A DNA stretch of 64,000 nt from Gammaproteobacteria bacterium (lineage in GTDB: Bacteria > Pseudomonadota > Gammaproteobacteria > Francisellales > CACEW01), in assembly GCA_965662575.1 (NCBI GenBank), contig CBFIHN010000001.1:26852-90851 (forward strand). Direction: 5' to 3'. Made by a program: the position numbers and the translations under genes. The notes under the pieces were generated by a model. It was not told the DNA's origin and ran no database searches. It saw only the letters and a program-made list of their open reading frames with translations. Below are positions 1-10,681 of the stretch, piece by piece; positions within the stretch are counted from its first letter, which is position 1; every line of letters begins with the position of its first letter.

Positions 1-1602
1 TTACTTAGTATCGGCATGCTATTGGCGCTGATCACTATTATTGCGGGCACTGCGTTATTGGCTGTTTCTGGCTGGTTTATTTCCGCAGCAGCCTTTGCAG
101 GCTTAACCCTTAGCGCTTCTCTGGCGTTTAATTTTTATTTACCAGCTGCGGTTGTACGCGCCCTAGCCATCATTCGTATTGTTTCACGTTATGGTGAACG
201 CGTACTAAGCCACGAAGCGACTTTCCATATTTTATCGCAGCTTCGCGTCTGGTTATACCAACACTTATTACCCTTAATGCCAGGTTACTTACTGGTGCGC
301 CGCAGTAGCGATTTACTAGCCCGCATGGTTAATGATGTTGAGGCAATGGACCATGTTTATCTGCGCATTGTATCCCCCTTGGTCGTCGCAGTGATTGTTC
401 TAGCTTTACTCTGTGCCGTACTACATGCCTTCAGCATAAATATAGCCTGGACGGTTTTTGTTCTTATGATCGTGATAGCCATTGTTCTACCAGCACTGTC
501 TTATTGTCTTGCCCGCAAACCCGGTGAACAACAAGCAAAAATGCACAGTGTCCTGCGTGCGCACAGTGTCGAGTTTTTTCAAGGCTTAACTGCCTTGCTG
601 TGTTTTAATGCGGCAAAACAACAAATCAATGCCCTCGCAGCTGATGATCAAGCCTTACATCACGCACAACGACAGATGGCTAGCAATAAAGCCATGACCA
701 CCGGCTTAATCACCCTGCTATCGGGTATAACAGTATGGGTCGCCATGTATCTTGGCATACCGTTAGTCCATCTGCATCAACTCAATGGCGCGAACTTAGC
801 ATTAATTGCATTGCTAATCTTTGGTGCATTTGAAGCAATTATGCCACTCACCTTGGCCTTTCAGGCTTGGCGTAAAACCGCTTATTCAGCAAAACGTTTA
901 ACTGCCATTGCCAAAGAAAAGCCGGCGATAGAATTCGTACCAAGCAGTGTGGCACAACCTCAAAATGCACAACTATGCTTTGATAAGGTCTCGATTGCCT
1001 ATCGCACAGGCCACCCGGTAATCGATGACTTTTCCCTAACGATCAATCCTGGTGAACGCATTGCCATTGTCGGCCCAACTGGCTGTGGTAAAACCTCCAT
1101 TATTAATAGCTTACTGCGTTTTATTCCGTTGACCTCCGGCTCAATTAGCTTGGGCGGTGTATCAATTGACCAATTGACTGAAGCCGACCTGCGCCGGATG
1201 ATTACTTTAGTCGATCAACGCCCACATGTCTTTAATGGCACCATTGCGAATAATTTACGTATTGCCAAAACGGATGCCACGGAGCAAGAAATGCATGCCG
1301 CATTAGCTAGTGCACAATTGGATGAGTTTATTGCAAAACTTGATGCGGGCTTAGATACTTGGGTTGGCGAAGGAGGGAAAAACTTATCAGGTGGCCAGGC
1401 CCGCCGATTAGTTATTGCCCGAGCTTTATTGCATGATGCACCGATTGTGATTCTTGATGAGCCGACCGAAGGCCTGGATAGTATCACGGCACAAAAAGTC
1501 ATGCGCTCTTTAAATAGCTTAATGCAAAATCGTAGTGTCATCTTGATCAGTCACAAGCCACAGGATGTTGCAGCCCTAGTTGAGCGTATTGTCGTGCTAT
1601 AG
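1..1602 (+). CDS. cydC: ABC transporter permease/ATPase, CydC-like thiol-reductant exporter subunit (5' end cut by window edge)
   Basis: The frame is open from nt 1; the ORF track starts at an internal Met at nt 16. A hydrophobic multi-TM N-half is followed by an ABC ATPase with Walker A GPTGCGKT, signature LSGGQARR and Walker B VILDEPTEGLD. EPTEGLD is typical of CydC/CydD. Confidence 0.75.
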   Translation, partial: LLSIGMLLALITIIAGTALLAVSGWFISAAAFAGLTLSASLAFNFYLPAAVVRALAIIRIVSRYGERVLSHEATFHILSQLRVWLYQHLLPLMPGYLLVRRSSDLLARMVNDVEAMDHVYLRIVSPLVVAVIVLALLCAVLHAFSINIAWTVFVLMIVIAIVLPALSYCLARKPGEQQAKMHSVLRAHSVEFFQGLTALLCFNAAKQQINALAADDQALHHAQRQMASNKAMTTGLITLLSGITVWVAMYLGIPLVHLHQLNGANLALIALLIFGAFEAIMPLTLAFQAWRKTAYSAKRLTAIAKEKPAIEFVPSSVAQPQNAQLCFDKVSIAYRTGHPVIDDFSLTINPGERIAIVGPTGCGKTSIINSLLRFIPLTSGSISLGGVSIDQLTEADLRRMITLVDQRPHVFNGTIANNLRIAKTDATEQEMHAALASAQLDEFIAKLDAGLDTWVGEGGKNLSGGQARRLVIARALLHDAPIVILDEPTEGLDSITAQKVMRSLNSLMQNRSVILISHKPQDVAALVERIVVL

Positions 1603-1639
1603 TGACATGTTAAGCCCCTAACCTCTACCCCTACTTTAA

Positions 1640-2977
1640 TCACAACAGTTTTGGCACCGACCAAATTGCCTGTAGGGAATTCAGTGTTATCTCTCCTAAT
1701 CTGGATAAAGTTTCAGCACCAATATTCAAAGGAGGTAGCCAATATATCGTATGACCAAGTGGTCGCAGTAATGCGCCTTGCCGAACTGCCTCTTGGTATA
1801 ATTGATAACCGGCACGACTAGGTAAGTTTTCAGCGGCTAAATCTGCTGCGATTACAGCACCAATACCACGAATATTCGTTAGCATACCGGTTTTGTCTGC
1901 CACACGGTCAAACTCTTGCCTCATCATGGCTTGGAGTTGGGCTGCTCGATTGATAAGCCCCTCCTGTTCTATCACATTGAGCGTTGCTAAAGCCAAACTG
2001 ACACCAAGAGCATTGCCAGAGTAGGTGTGTGAATGTAAAAAAGCCTTCCCAGACTCGTTGTCGTCATAAAATGCTTGGTAAATAGGGTTGGTAGTTAGCA
2101 CAGCGCTAAATGGCATCCAACCAGACGTTAAGCCTTTCGATAAACAAACAAAGTCTGGTTTAATCAATGCGTGCTCACAGGCTAACATTTTCCCAGTTCG
2201 ACCAATGCCTGTCATAATTTCATCAGCGATTAAATGGATATCATGCTGCTTGGCAAAATTTGCTAACCGAGATAAGAAATCTTGGCTATATACTTTCATC
2301 CCACCAGCACCCTGTAAAATAGGCTCGACAATGATGGCTGTGGCGTTATCGCAATATGGCAATAACGTTTTTTCAACTTCACCCCAATGTAATTCAGCAT
2401 TGTGCCAAGCAGGATCATCAGCGCCACTGACAGACAGTGGTTCAACTAAAATAGGGTCAAATAACATGGTGCGATATGGCGTGCGATATAGGCCGAGATC
2501 ACTCACACTTAATGCACCACTTGTTTCACCATGATAGCCATTTTTTAAGGCAATAAATTGAGTTTTGTTCGTGTTACCCTCTAAAACTCGGTAATGTAGG
2601 CTCATTTTCATAGCGACTTCAACTGCACAGGAACCATCACCAGCATAAAAAACCTTCTCTAAATGTGGCATGAATGTGGTTAATTTTTGAGAGAGCCTCG
2701 TTATATTTTCATGCGTGGTATTGGCAAAGATAACATGCTCAAATTGCTCAATCTGATGAAGCAGTGCCTGCTTAAGTACTGGGTGATTATGCCCTAGCGA
2801 CTTGCACCACCAACTCGAAATGGCATCAATAATTTTTTTACCATCAGATAACTCTAGATAACTGCCATAAGCACGCTTTATCACTAATGGCCTGAATTGC
2901 TCATAATCTTTCATTTGTGAGCAAGGATGCCAATTATATTTGAGGTCTAGCTGTTGTAAATCTGCATCAATTATCAT
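1640..2977 (-). CDS. bioA: Adenosylmethionine-8-amino-7-oxononanoate aminotransferase
   Basis: 445-aa class-III PLP aminotransferase. It has a BioA-like N-terminus (DLKYNWHPCSQMKD) and a PLP-lysine context (CLSKGLTSG). It is transcribed divergently from bioB, as in classical bio loci. Confidence 0.9.
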   Translation of the reverse strand: MIIDADLQQLDLKYNWHPCSQMKDYEQFRPLVIKRAYGSYLELSDGKKIIDAISSWWCKSLGHNHPVLKQALLHQIEQFEHVIFANTTHENITRLSQKLTTFMPHLEKVFYAGDGSCAVEVAMKMSLHYRVLEGNTNKTQFIALKNGYHGETSGALSVSDLGLYRTPYRTMLFDPILVEPLSVSGADDPAWHNAELHWGEVEKTLLPYCDNATAIIVEPILQGAGGMKVYSQDFLSRLANFAKQHDIHLIADEIMTGIGRTGKMLACEHALIKPDFVCLSKGLTSGWMPFSAVLTTNPIYQAFYDDNESGKAFLHSHTYSGNALGVSLALATLNVIEQEGLINRAAQLQAMMRQEFDRVADKTGMLTNIRGIGAVIAADLAAENLPSRAGYQLYQEAVRQGALLRPLGHTIYWLPPLNIGAETLSRLGEITLNSLQAIWSVPKLL

Positions 2978-3009
2978 TTGTAAACCTATTTATATTAATG
3001 GTTGACTAA
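2978..3009. promoter_or_regulatory. Candidate BirA operator (bioO-like inverted repeat) in the bioA/bioB divergent promoter region
   Basis: TTGTAAACC (2978-2986), a 13-nt AT-rich spacer, then GGTTGACTA (3000-3008). The right arm matches the reverse complement of the left at 7/9 positions. The left arm is identical to the E. coli bioO half-site TTGTAAACC. A birA with an N-terminal HTH is encoded nearby. Confidence 0.55.
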
Positions 3010-3063
3010 GTGGAGATTAGCACCTACCATGTGCTGAAACAAGCAACGCAATAAAAAAAACTT

Positions 3064-4029
3064 ATGAGCCATTTTTTCGTCACCAAAGAGTTCATCAGTG
3101 AGCTATATCAAAAGCCTTTTTTTGAGTTAATACACCAGGCCTACCAATGCCATAGCGTACACTTTGAAGCTGGCGATATGGAATTCTGTGCCTTATGCAG
3201 TATCAAAACAGGTGCTTGTCCCGAAGACTGCGCTTATTGCCCGCAAAGTGGGCACTATAAAACCGGCCTGCAAAAAGAAAAACTGCTCGATATTAACGAC
3301 GTCTTGGACCAGGCTAAATTAGCAAAGGCTAATGGTGCCAAACGTTTTTGTATGGGCGCAGCTTGGAAAAATCCACCCAAGAAGGATTTCCCTAAAGTAC
3401 TTGAGATGATTGAGTCTGTGAAGGCGCTTGGCTTAGAGACCTGTGCAACACTTGGGATGCTCGATAAAAATCAGGCCGATGAATTGAAGGCGTCAGGATT
3501 AGATTATTATAATCACAATCTCGATACATCACCTGATTATTACCCAACGATTATTCAAACCAGAACCTATCAAGATCGCATTGATACTTTACATACCGTC
3601 GCTGCTGCAGGTATTAACGTCTGCTGTGGTGGCATTATTGGCATGGGAGAGACGCGTGAGGATCGTGTTGGCTTTCTATTAGCGCTAGCAGACCTACCTT
3701 CTGCACCTCAAAGCATTCCCATTAATGAATTGATTCCAATACCGGGCACACCACTAGCAAACCAACAAGCGGTTGATAGCTTTGAATTCATCAGAACAAT
3801 TGCGATCACAAGAATTTTATTTCCTAAATCCAAAGTTAGGCTATCTGCAGGTCGAGAAAACATGTCAGATGAGATGCAAGCTTGGTGTTTTATGGCTGGT
3901 GCTAACTCAATATTTATCGGTGATAAATTACTCACTGCAAAGAACCCAGGACAAAACCAGGATATCCACCTATTAAACCGACTGGGATTAAACGTTCCTA
4001 GGATTGCGAAGCAAAGTCAAAAATGCTGA
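3064..4029 (+). CDS. bioB: Biotin synthase (radical SAM)
   Basis: 321 aa. Radical-SAM cluster motif [11 protein letters not shown]. Full-length BioB-like sequence ([20 protein letters not shown]). Confidence 0.95.
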   Translation: MSHFFVTKEFISELYQKPFFELIHQAYQCHSVHFEAGDMEFCALCSIKTGACPEDCAYCPQSGHYKTGLQKEKLLDINDVLDQAKLAKANGAKRFCMGAAWKNPPKKDFPKVLEMIESVKALGLETCATLGMLDKNQADELKASGLDYYNHNLDTSPDYYPTIIQTRTYQDRIDTLHTVAAAGINVCCGGIIGMGETREDRVGFLLALADLPSAPQSIPINELIPIPGTPLANQQAVDSFEFIRTIAITRILFPKSKVRLSAGRENMSDEMQAWCFMAGANSIFIGDKLLTAKNPGQNQDIHLLNRLGLNVPRIAKQSQKC

Positions 4030-4264
4030 GTGAATCATTAGATCACAGACTATCCGGGCATAGAACTAGACAACCAATCGAGCTAGGAAAATGATTGCAG
4101 CAATCATATCACCGGTGATGGAAACATCCACATCCATTTCTCTAGTGATGATAACTGGGAGCTTAAAATGCACCTCACACTGACATGCTTGACGAGGCGG
4201 CACGACACTCATGGTTGATGATGTTCCTGGCATGGATGTTCTTGGGAAGATGGGCAAATGCTAA
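4023..4264 (+). pseudogene. bioF: Probable relic of bioF (8-amino-7-oxononanoate synthase): start retained, most of the gene deleted, multiple frameshifts
   Basis: The bioB-bioH spacer is only 228 bp, whereas a full bioF would need ~1.15 kb. An ATG at 4023 overlaps the bioB stop (ATGCTGA) and gives [23 protein letters not shown]. Another frame at 4196-4264 reads GGTTLMVDDVPGMDVLGKMGKC*, resembling the conserved BioF block LMVDDAHGxGVLGxxGxG with the His replaced. Confidence 0.5.
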
Positions 4265-4971
4265 GCAAAATAAAGAACGTTTATGCTATCCCAGGCTGGG
4301 GGTTTGCCACAACCATTTTTACAGAACTAAAGACTAACAAGTTCGATATTGTTGGCCTAGATTATATGGGATCTCGGGCATCTTCAATCCATGACATAAC
4401 GGCAATAATCGCCGCGAAAGTTCCAAATCATTCTATCTTACTAGGCTGGTCTTTTGGTGGAATGCTCGCAATCAAATTGGCCGCACAACACCCCAGCAAA
4501 GTAAGACGCTTGATGCTTTTATCTAGTCAACCAAAATTATGTGTCGATGGTCAATGGCTTGGTATCAGTCAAACCAATGCAAATCAGTTTCTAGAACAAT
4601 TTGAGAAATCACCACAGCAGCAAATGAAATATTTTGCTCGGCTGCTTTGCTATCCGTCTCGTTCGCCCACGTTACGTCAAATCATACAAAAGCACATGAT
4701 TGATGAAGCCCAAACAGAGCTAAACTCGCTTTTAAAAATGTTGTTTAGTGAAGATTTAAGGCAAGACTATAGCAAATTGGGTATTGATATCCTTCACCTC
4801 ATTTGTGAACAAGATGTTGTTTTAAAGCAACATGCCAGTCAGTTACAAAACCTCAACCATAGAGTCAAAGTGATTAGCCTCGAGGACGCGGGGCATGCTG
4901 ATTTCCTAGTATCACCCAGCAGATATTCTGCAGCGATAGAACAGTTTATCAACCATGACAAATCAGATTAA
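4258..4971 (+). CDS. bioH: Pimeloyl-ACP methyl ester carboxylesterase (alpha/beta hydrolase)
   Basis: 237 aa. N-terminal IPGWGF, nucleophile elbow GWSFGG and C-terminal EDAGHADF, collinear with BioH. It sits between bioB and bioC, as in bioBFHCD operons. Confidence 0.8.
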   Translation: MLSKIKNVYAIPGWGFATTIFTELKTNKFDIVGLDYMGSRASSIHDITAIIAAKVPNHSILLGWSFGGMLAIKLAAQHPSKVRRLMLLSSQPKLCVDGQWLGISQTNANQFLEQFEKSPQQQMKYFARLLCYPSRSPTLRQIIQKHMIDEAQTELNSLLKMLFSEDLRQDYSKLGIDILHLICEQDVVLKQHASQLQNLNHRVKVISLEDAGHADFLVSPSRYSAAIEQFINHDKSD

Positions 4972-5704
4972 AAAGAAAACCTGCCAGCACTTTAATAAAG
5001 CTGCAGCGACTTATGATGCACATTGCAGCGTGCAAAACCAGATATGTGCCCATTCACTACAGTGCTTACGTAAGTTTGGATCTGACTTTCACTATATTGC
5101 TGATTTTGCCTGTGGCACGGGTGAAAGCACCTTACAACTCATACAGCATCTTACATTTCATCAATGCTATGCACTTGATTTCGCGAAACAACTACTCACC
5201 GTGGCTCATAACAAACTTGTGGAATACGAATATATTGAAATTATTGAAGCGGACTTCGAGCAACCGTTGCTTATGATGAATAACCTTGATCTGATTTTCT
5301 GTAATATGGGACTGCAATGGTCTAATGATATCGCGAAAACACTCAACCTATGGCATTCATATTTAGATGATAACGGCCTATTGTTATTTTCAATGCCAAC
5401 CTCGAATAACTTCAAAGAGCTCGTACCTGAATATAAACCAAAATTCATGACACATCAGAAAATTGTTAGTCTTTTATCCAAACAAAAATGGGGGTTACTG
5501 CTGACAGATATGACTGAAATAGTGCAGCCTTTTGACCACCCCCTTGACGCCTTAAGGTCATTAAAAGCAACAGGGACAAATTCTAATAAAGGCATTTATA
5601 AAAGACTTGGATTATCACCCATGAAGCTTGAACAAGTGTTTATTGACCCAACTGACGCCAAGCTGACTTATCAAATTGGTATTTACCTAGCGAGGAAAAT
5701 TTAG
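4955..5704 (+). CDS. bioC: Malonyl-ACP O-methyltransferase
   Basis: 249 aa class-I SAM methyltransferase. N-terminal FNKAAATYDAHCSVQ and SAM motif I IADFACGTGE. Its start overlaps the bioH 3' end. Confidence 0.85.
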   Translation: MTNQIKKKTCQHFNKAAATYDAHCSVQNQICAHSLQCLRKFGSDFHYIADFACGTGESTLQLIQHLTFHQCYALDFAKQLLTVAHNKLVEYEYIEIIEADFEQPLLMMNNLDLIFCNMGLQWSNDIAKTLNLWHSYLDDNGLLLFSMPTSNNFKELVPEYKPKFMTHQKIVSLLSKQKWGLLLTDMTEIVQPFDHPLDALRSLKATGTNSNKGIYKRLGLSPMKLEQVFIDPTDAKLTYQIGIYLARKI

Positions 5705-6384
5705 TGAAAAACACCATATTTATGACGGGAACTGACACCGACATTGGGAAAACCTACGTGACTTGCTTGATGCTAAAAGCATTCAATGAATCTGGATTAA
5801 ATACACTCGCATTAAAACCAATTGCCTCAGGGTGTCATAAGAATGAACAAGGTGAGCTTAGAAACGACGATGCTTTGCAACTGCAACAACATGCCAACAT
5901 TACAATCCCTTACTCAAGCGTTAACCCCATTACATTTGAACCACCCATTGCACCACATATTGCTGCGCATAATATAGGGGAAAAACTGTCCATACAGCAA
6001 ATCGGAGACACCATAAAAAACTTGACTTGTCATTCAGCTGATATGACGTTGATTGAAGGTGTTGGTGGTTGGTCCGTTCCTATTAATCATAGCGAACTAC
6101 TCTCTGATGTCATCGCACAACTAGAGATCCCCATCATTCTAGTTGTTGGCATCAAATTAGGTTGCCTTAACCATGCGCTATTAACCTATCAGAATATTCA
6201 AGCAAAAAATGTGCCTATACTGGGGTGGATGGCAAATTGTATAGACCCTAATACGCTATCAATACCGGAAAATATCGATACATTGGCACAGTGGATAAAT
6301 GAGCCATGCCTTGGGATTGTACCTTATGGTGATAAATCGACAACGTGTATTGATACAAAGCTAATCCGCGACCGACTTCTTTAA
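5704..6384 (+). CDS. bioD: ATP-dependent dethiobiotin synthetase
   Basis: 226 aa. The GTG start overlaps the bioC stop (TAGTG). P-loop FMTGTDTDIGKT and IEGVGGW motif. Confidence 0.9.
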   Translation: MKNTIFMTGTDTDIGKTYVTCLMLKAFNESGLNTLALKPIASGCHKNEQGELRNDDALQLQQHANITIPYSSVNPITFEPPIAPHIAAHNIGEKLSIQQIGDTIKNLTCHSADMTLIEGVGGWSVPINHSELLSDVIAQLEIPIILVVGIKLGCLNHALLTYQNIQAKNVPILGWMANCIDPNTLSIPENIDTLAQWINEPCLGIVPYGDKSTTCIDTKLIRDRLL

Positions 6385-7356
6385 AATCGAGGCATCTCCA
6401 GAAGAAAAAGCTAGCATTTGACCAGCCTCATTCTTTACCTGTAAATGTCCGTACTTGTTGATGCCTAAATACAAACCCGTGATTATTTTCTTGCCAGATA
6501 CCAGTGATATGTGAGAGTTAGTCAGACAATCTCGCTGTTGCCATTCAGATTGAAAAACCTCTAACCCTTGTGATGAGAACTTTTCTAAATAATCGATGAC
6601 TGTATCGATAATATCTGGAACAAGCTGGTTACGATCAATATAGGCATTCACCGTGTTAGCCAGGGATGTCCAGTTTTGATCAATATCAGTCTGACCTGCT
6701 TTCTTCATGTTAACATTGAGACCAACACCAATGATAACCTGGCAAAAACCATTAGATTCTGCTTGAATCTCAATTAATGTCCCTGCCAGTTTTTTGCCCT
6801 CGAGTACAATATCATTTGGCCATTTGATCTTTAAAAGTTCACTGGGAATCTCTATCACTGAATTAATAGCACGGCATACAGCAAGACCGACGACTAAACT
6901 CAAACCGCTTAATTCACTAATATCCTTGTCAAAAGGGCAGAGCAAGGAAAGATAAACATTATCTGCAAATGGGGAATACCATTGCCGTTGCAGCCTAGCT
7001 TTTCCAGCAGTTTGAGTTTCAGCTAGGCAAGCGATAATATCCTGGTTGCCTTCGGATAGCGCTTTCAAGTAATCATTAGTAGAGGCGATTTTTTCCAACA
7101 CCACTACATTAACTGAGCGATGCCTAAGCCTAGACTGTAGTTGGTTTTTATCTAGAAGTAACAGCCGAGTATTTAGCTGATAACCTTTGCCTTTAGTCGA
7201 TGTTAATGGCACGTGATATTGTTTTAGCTTCTTAATTGCCTTACAAATCGCTGCGCGCGAAGTCTCTAACTCATGACCGATAGATGTCCCATCATGATAT
7301 TGCCCATCGTTAAGTAATTTAACCAATTCAACTAAATTCTGATTAAGTTCTCTCAT
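6361..7356 (-). CDS. birA: Bifunctional biotin-[acetyl-CoA-carboxylase] ligase / bio operon repressor
   Basis: 331 aa. N-terminal winged-HTH region (ETSRAAICKAIKKLKQYHV), ligase motif QTAGKARLQRQWYSP (compare GRGRRGRxW) and KWPNDI. Convergent with bioD, with the 3' ends overlapping. Confidence 0.9.
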   Translation of the reverse strand: MRELNQNLVELVKLLNDGQYHDGTSIGHELETSRAAICKAIKKLKQYHVPLTSTKGKGYQLNTRLLLLDKNQLQSRLRHRSVNVVVLEKIASTNDYLKALSEGNQDIIACLAETQTAGKARLQRQWYSPFADNVYLSLLCPFDKDISELSGLSLVVGLAVCRAINSVIEIPSELLKIKWPNDIVLEGKKLAGTLIEIQAESNGFCQVIIGVGLNVNMKKAGQTDIDQNWTSLANTVNAYIDRNQLVPDIIDTVIDYLEKFSSQGLEVFQSEWQQRDCLTNSHISLVSGKKIITGLYLGINKYGHLQVKNEAGQMLAFSSGDASILKKSVAD

Positions 7357-7531
7357 CAGCCCACCTTGAACGTATTTGCTTCTAAGTTGGTGTATCGATA
7401 AAAACCCGTCCTGAACACTGTTAAGATCTTGTCAATATCATGCATACCCACACCCTGGTTATACCCATTTTAGCCATTAGAACTTACTCATAGGTAAGCA
7501 AGGTATGACAATAATGCAAAATCTAAAACCC

Positions 7532-8824
<1,293 letters not shown>

Positions 8825-8916
8825 TCATCAATTGCATGTGGGGACTATAGCTAACAAACTGTGATGTGATCAAGGGTCAGGGTAATTTTTTCAGTGCTTT
8901 TGCCATCATGTTTTTT

Positions 8917-10659
8917 TCAGCCGACAGCCAAATAGCCACCTAACTGCATCTGATATTTTCCATTAGGCACAGCAATTGATTGACACTGCGCACTATCTAT
9001 TGTGCCATTGCTTGAATTTAGCGGACAGGCTTGCAACGTGATTTGATTTTTTTTCGTGAGGTAAATATAAGCCTGCTCAGCATTAATCCGATAAATCGCT
9101 GCCCCACGACCTAAATCAGCAAAATGTTGAAATGAACAATGCTCAAATGTTGGCTGATCCGCCGAGTCAATAAACTCAGTATCTGGGCAACTATATATAC
9201 CGGTATAACCGGTACTTTTCTCAGCCGCAAAATAGGTATATTTTTTACCGTTAATCGACACTGACTTAACAAACAAAAACCGTCTGATCCCTTTAGGATG
9301 GGCGGATTGATAACAAGACTTACCCGAGCTTGCGCAATATTCTGGGGGAATTTTTTTTATTGGATGGTCGATCAAACGTGCATAGGTTAATTGATTGGTA
9401 TCAGTACTCGCAGAGATCAACCAATCACTATTGTTTTCAGAAATGACGGTCAGCGGGTAATTAGATAGGTTAAACATATCCCCCAGCTGAGCAACTGATT
9501 CAAGCTTACCACTTGCTATATTAAACCGCCTTTCAACGAGTGCAGGGTGTCTAGAGCCATTGCCATTGGCATTGAATAGATAATATTCCCCATTCAGATT
9601 TGCACTATAAATCATTGGCTGGACATATAAAAAGGAAACGCCCATCTGCTTGCAGGGGCTCTCAATAAAGGCCTTATTACTCACCGGACAATAGCTTAGG
9701 TAACCCAAATTATGTTGACTATTATGAGAGGAAATATAAAGATATTTTTGACCTGAGATATTAGCGATTTGCAATACACCATAAGACTGGATGTATTTAA
9801 AGTGAGGCTGACGCATTACAAAACCTTGATGACAAGAGCCCAGACTAGCTTGATTATTGATTTCACAGCGTGTTATCTGGTTGTCCGTTGAAATATAATA
9901 TAAATAAGAATTGGGTAAAATAATCAACGGCAGTAGGCCCTGGCCTGGCAGTAAATTGCTAGCATCAACCGCCAAATAATAGTGTGTCGGATAAGTGCTA
10001 CCTTTAATAGTTAAAGTCATTGTGCAAGACTGGCCAGGGTTGAGTATTATTGGACTTTGTTGCGTTCCGCACTGATCACTGCCGATGGTCACCCCTTGAG
10101 GTACCACTGGAAAAACATCAAACAACGGATTATGACTCGTATTCTTGATGCTGACGGGATAACTTTTCCCTTGCTTTAGCAAAAATTTAGTCATCGGCTT
10201 ACCATCAGAGAAAAAATTAACCGATGCTCTAGGGACTAGAGTATGAGGTGAAACAACTGTGACTGACTTTGATTTGCCAATCGTGCGATTTGCGACAACA
10301 GCTGACAGTAAATGTGCGCATGCTTGATTAGACGCCAACAACTGAAAACTTGCAATGGCGCCCACCCTGATGGTTTGCTGTTTCGGAGTAATGCTGAGTT
10401 TAGACTGACAATTGGATGAATCAATCAGTGCAACGTGGTATGACTGCTGACTCACGTTTTTTCCCGAACCGACAACCAAACCACTATCAGCATAACTCAA
10501 ACTAACAGAAGCCGTTGCACTGCCCAGCTGGGCGATACCTGCAGGAATGGCAATATGAGCAACCACCTGTTTGTCTGGGTTCACAGGAGCGACTGAATTC
10601 GTATGACTACCTGAACAGCCGGACAACAAAACAGTCAGTAAAATTAACCACCAAAACAT
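8917..10659 (-). CDS. Hypothetical lipoprotein with Cys-pair repeat modules
   Basis: 580 aa. Signal peptide plus lipobox (LLTVLLSGC|SG). The N-half has an Ig-like-looking segment (ILNPGQSCTMTLTIKG). The C-half has four or more repeat units, each with a Tyr-rich strand followed by a Cys...Cys pair: YLYYISTDNQITRCEIN..GSC, YLSYCPVSN..SPC, GIYSCPDTE..EHC, ITLQACPLNSS..AQC. I recognise no known family. Confidence 0.6.
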   Translation of the reverse strand: MFWWLILLTVLLSGCSGSHTNSVAPVNPDKQVVAHIAIPAGIAQLGSATASVSLSYADSGLVVGSGKNVSQQSYHVALIDSSNCQSKLSITPKQQTIRVGAIASFQLLASNQACAHLLSAVVANRTIGKSKSVTVVSPHTLVPRASVNFFSDGKPMTKFLLKQGKSYPVSIKNTSHNPLFDVFPVVPQGVTIGSDQCGTQQSPIILNPGQSCTMTLTIKGSTYPTHYYLAVDASNLLPGQGLLPLIILPNSYLYYISTDNQITRCEINNQASLGSCHQGFVMRQPHFKYIQSYGVLQIANISGQKYLYISSHNSQHNLGYLSYCPVSNKAFIESPCKQMGVSFLYVQPMIYSANLNGEYYLFNANGNGSRHPALVERRFNIASGKLESVAQLGDMFNLSNYPLTVISENNSDWLISASTDTNQLTYARLIDHPIKKIPPEYCASSGKSCYQSAHPKGIRRFLFVKSVSINGKKYTYFAAEKSTGYTGIYSCPDTEFIDSADQPTFEHCSFQHFADLGRGAAIYRINAEQAYIYLTKKNQITLQACPLNSSNGTIDSAQCQSIAVPNGKYQMQLGGYLAVG

Positions 10660-10681
10660 GCTAAGTTACCTCACCAATAAT

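Noticed and set aside
1215-1541. Antisense or nested ORFs inside strongly supported genes. Examples: 1215-1541, 2088-2534, 24365-24778, 38704-39091, 52434-53450, 59520-59882, 60983-61402.
   Set aside because: Each lies wholly within a gene whose product is collinear with a well-known family on the other strand or frame. The translations are low-complexity, or Pro/Ser/Thr/Arg-rich mirror images typical of antisense frames.
4066-4257. 63-aa minus-strand ORF filling the bioB-bioH spacer
   Set aside because: It has no recognisable motif, no convincing ribosome-binding context, and runs antisense within an operon. The plus strand of the same DNA carries BioF-like fragments, which explain the sequence better (see the bioF relic).
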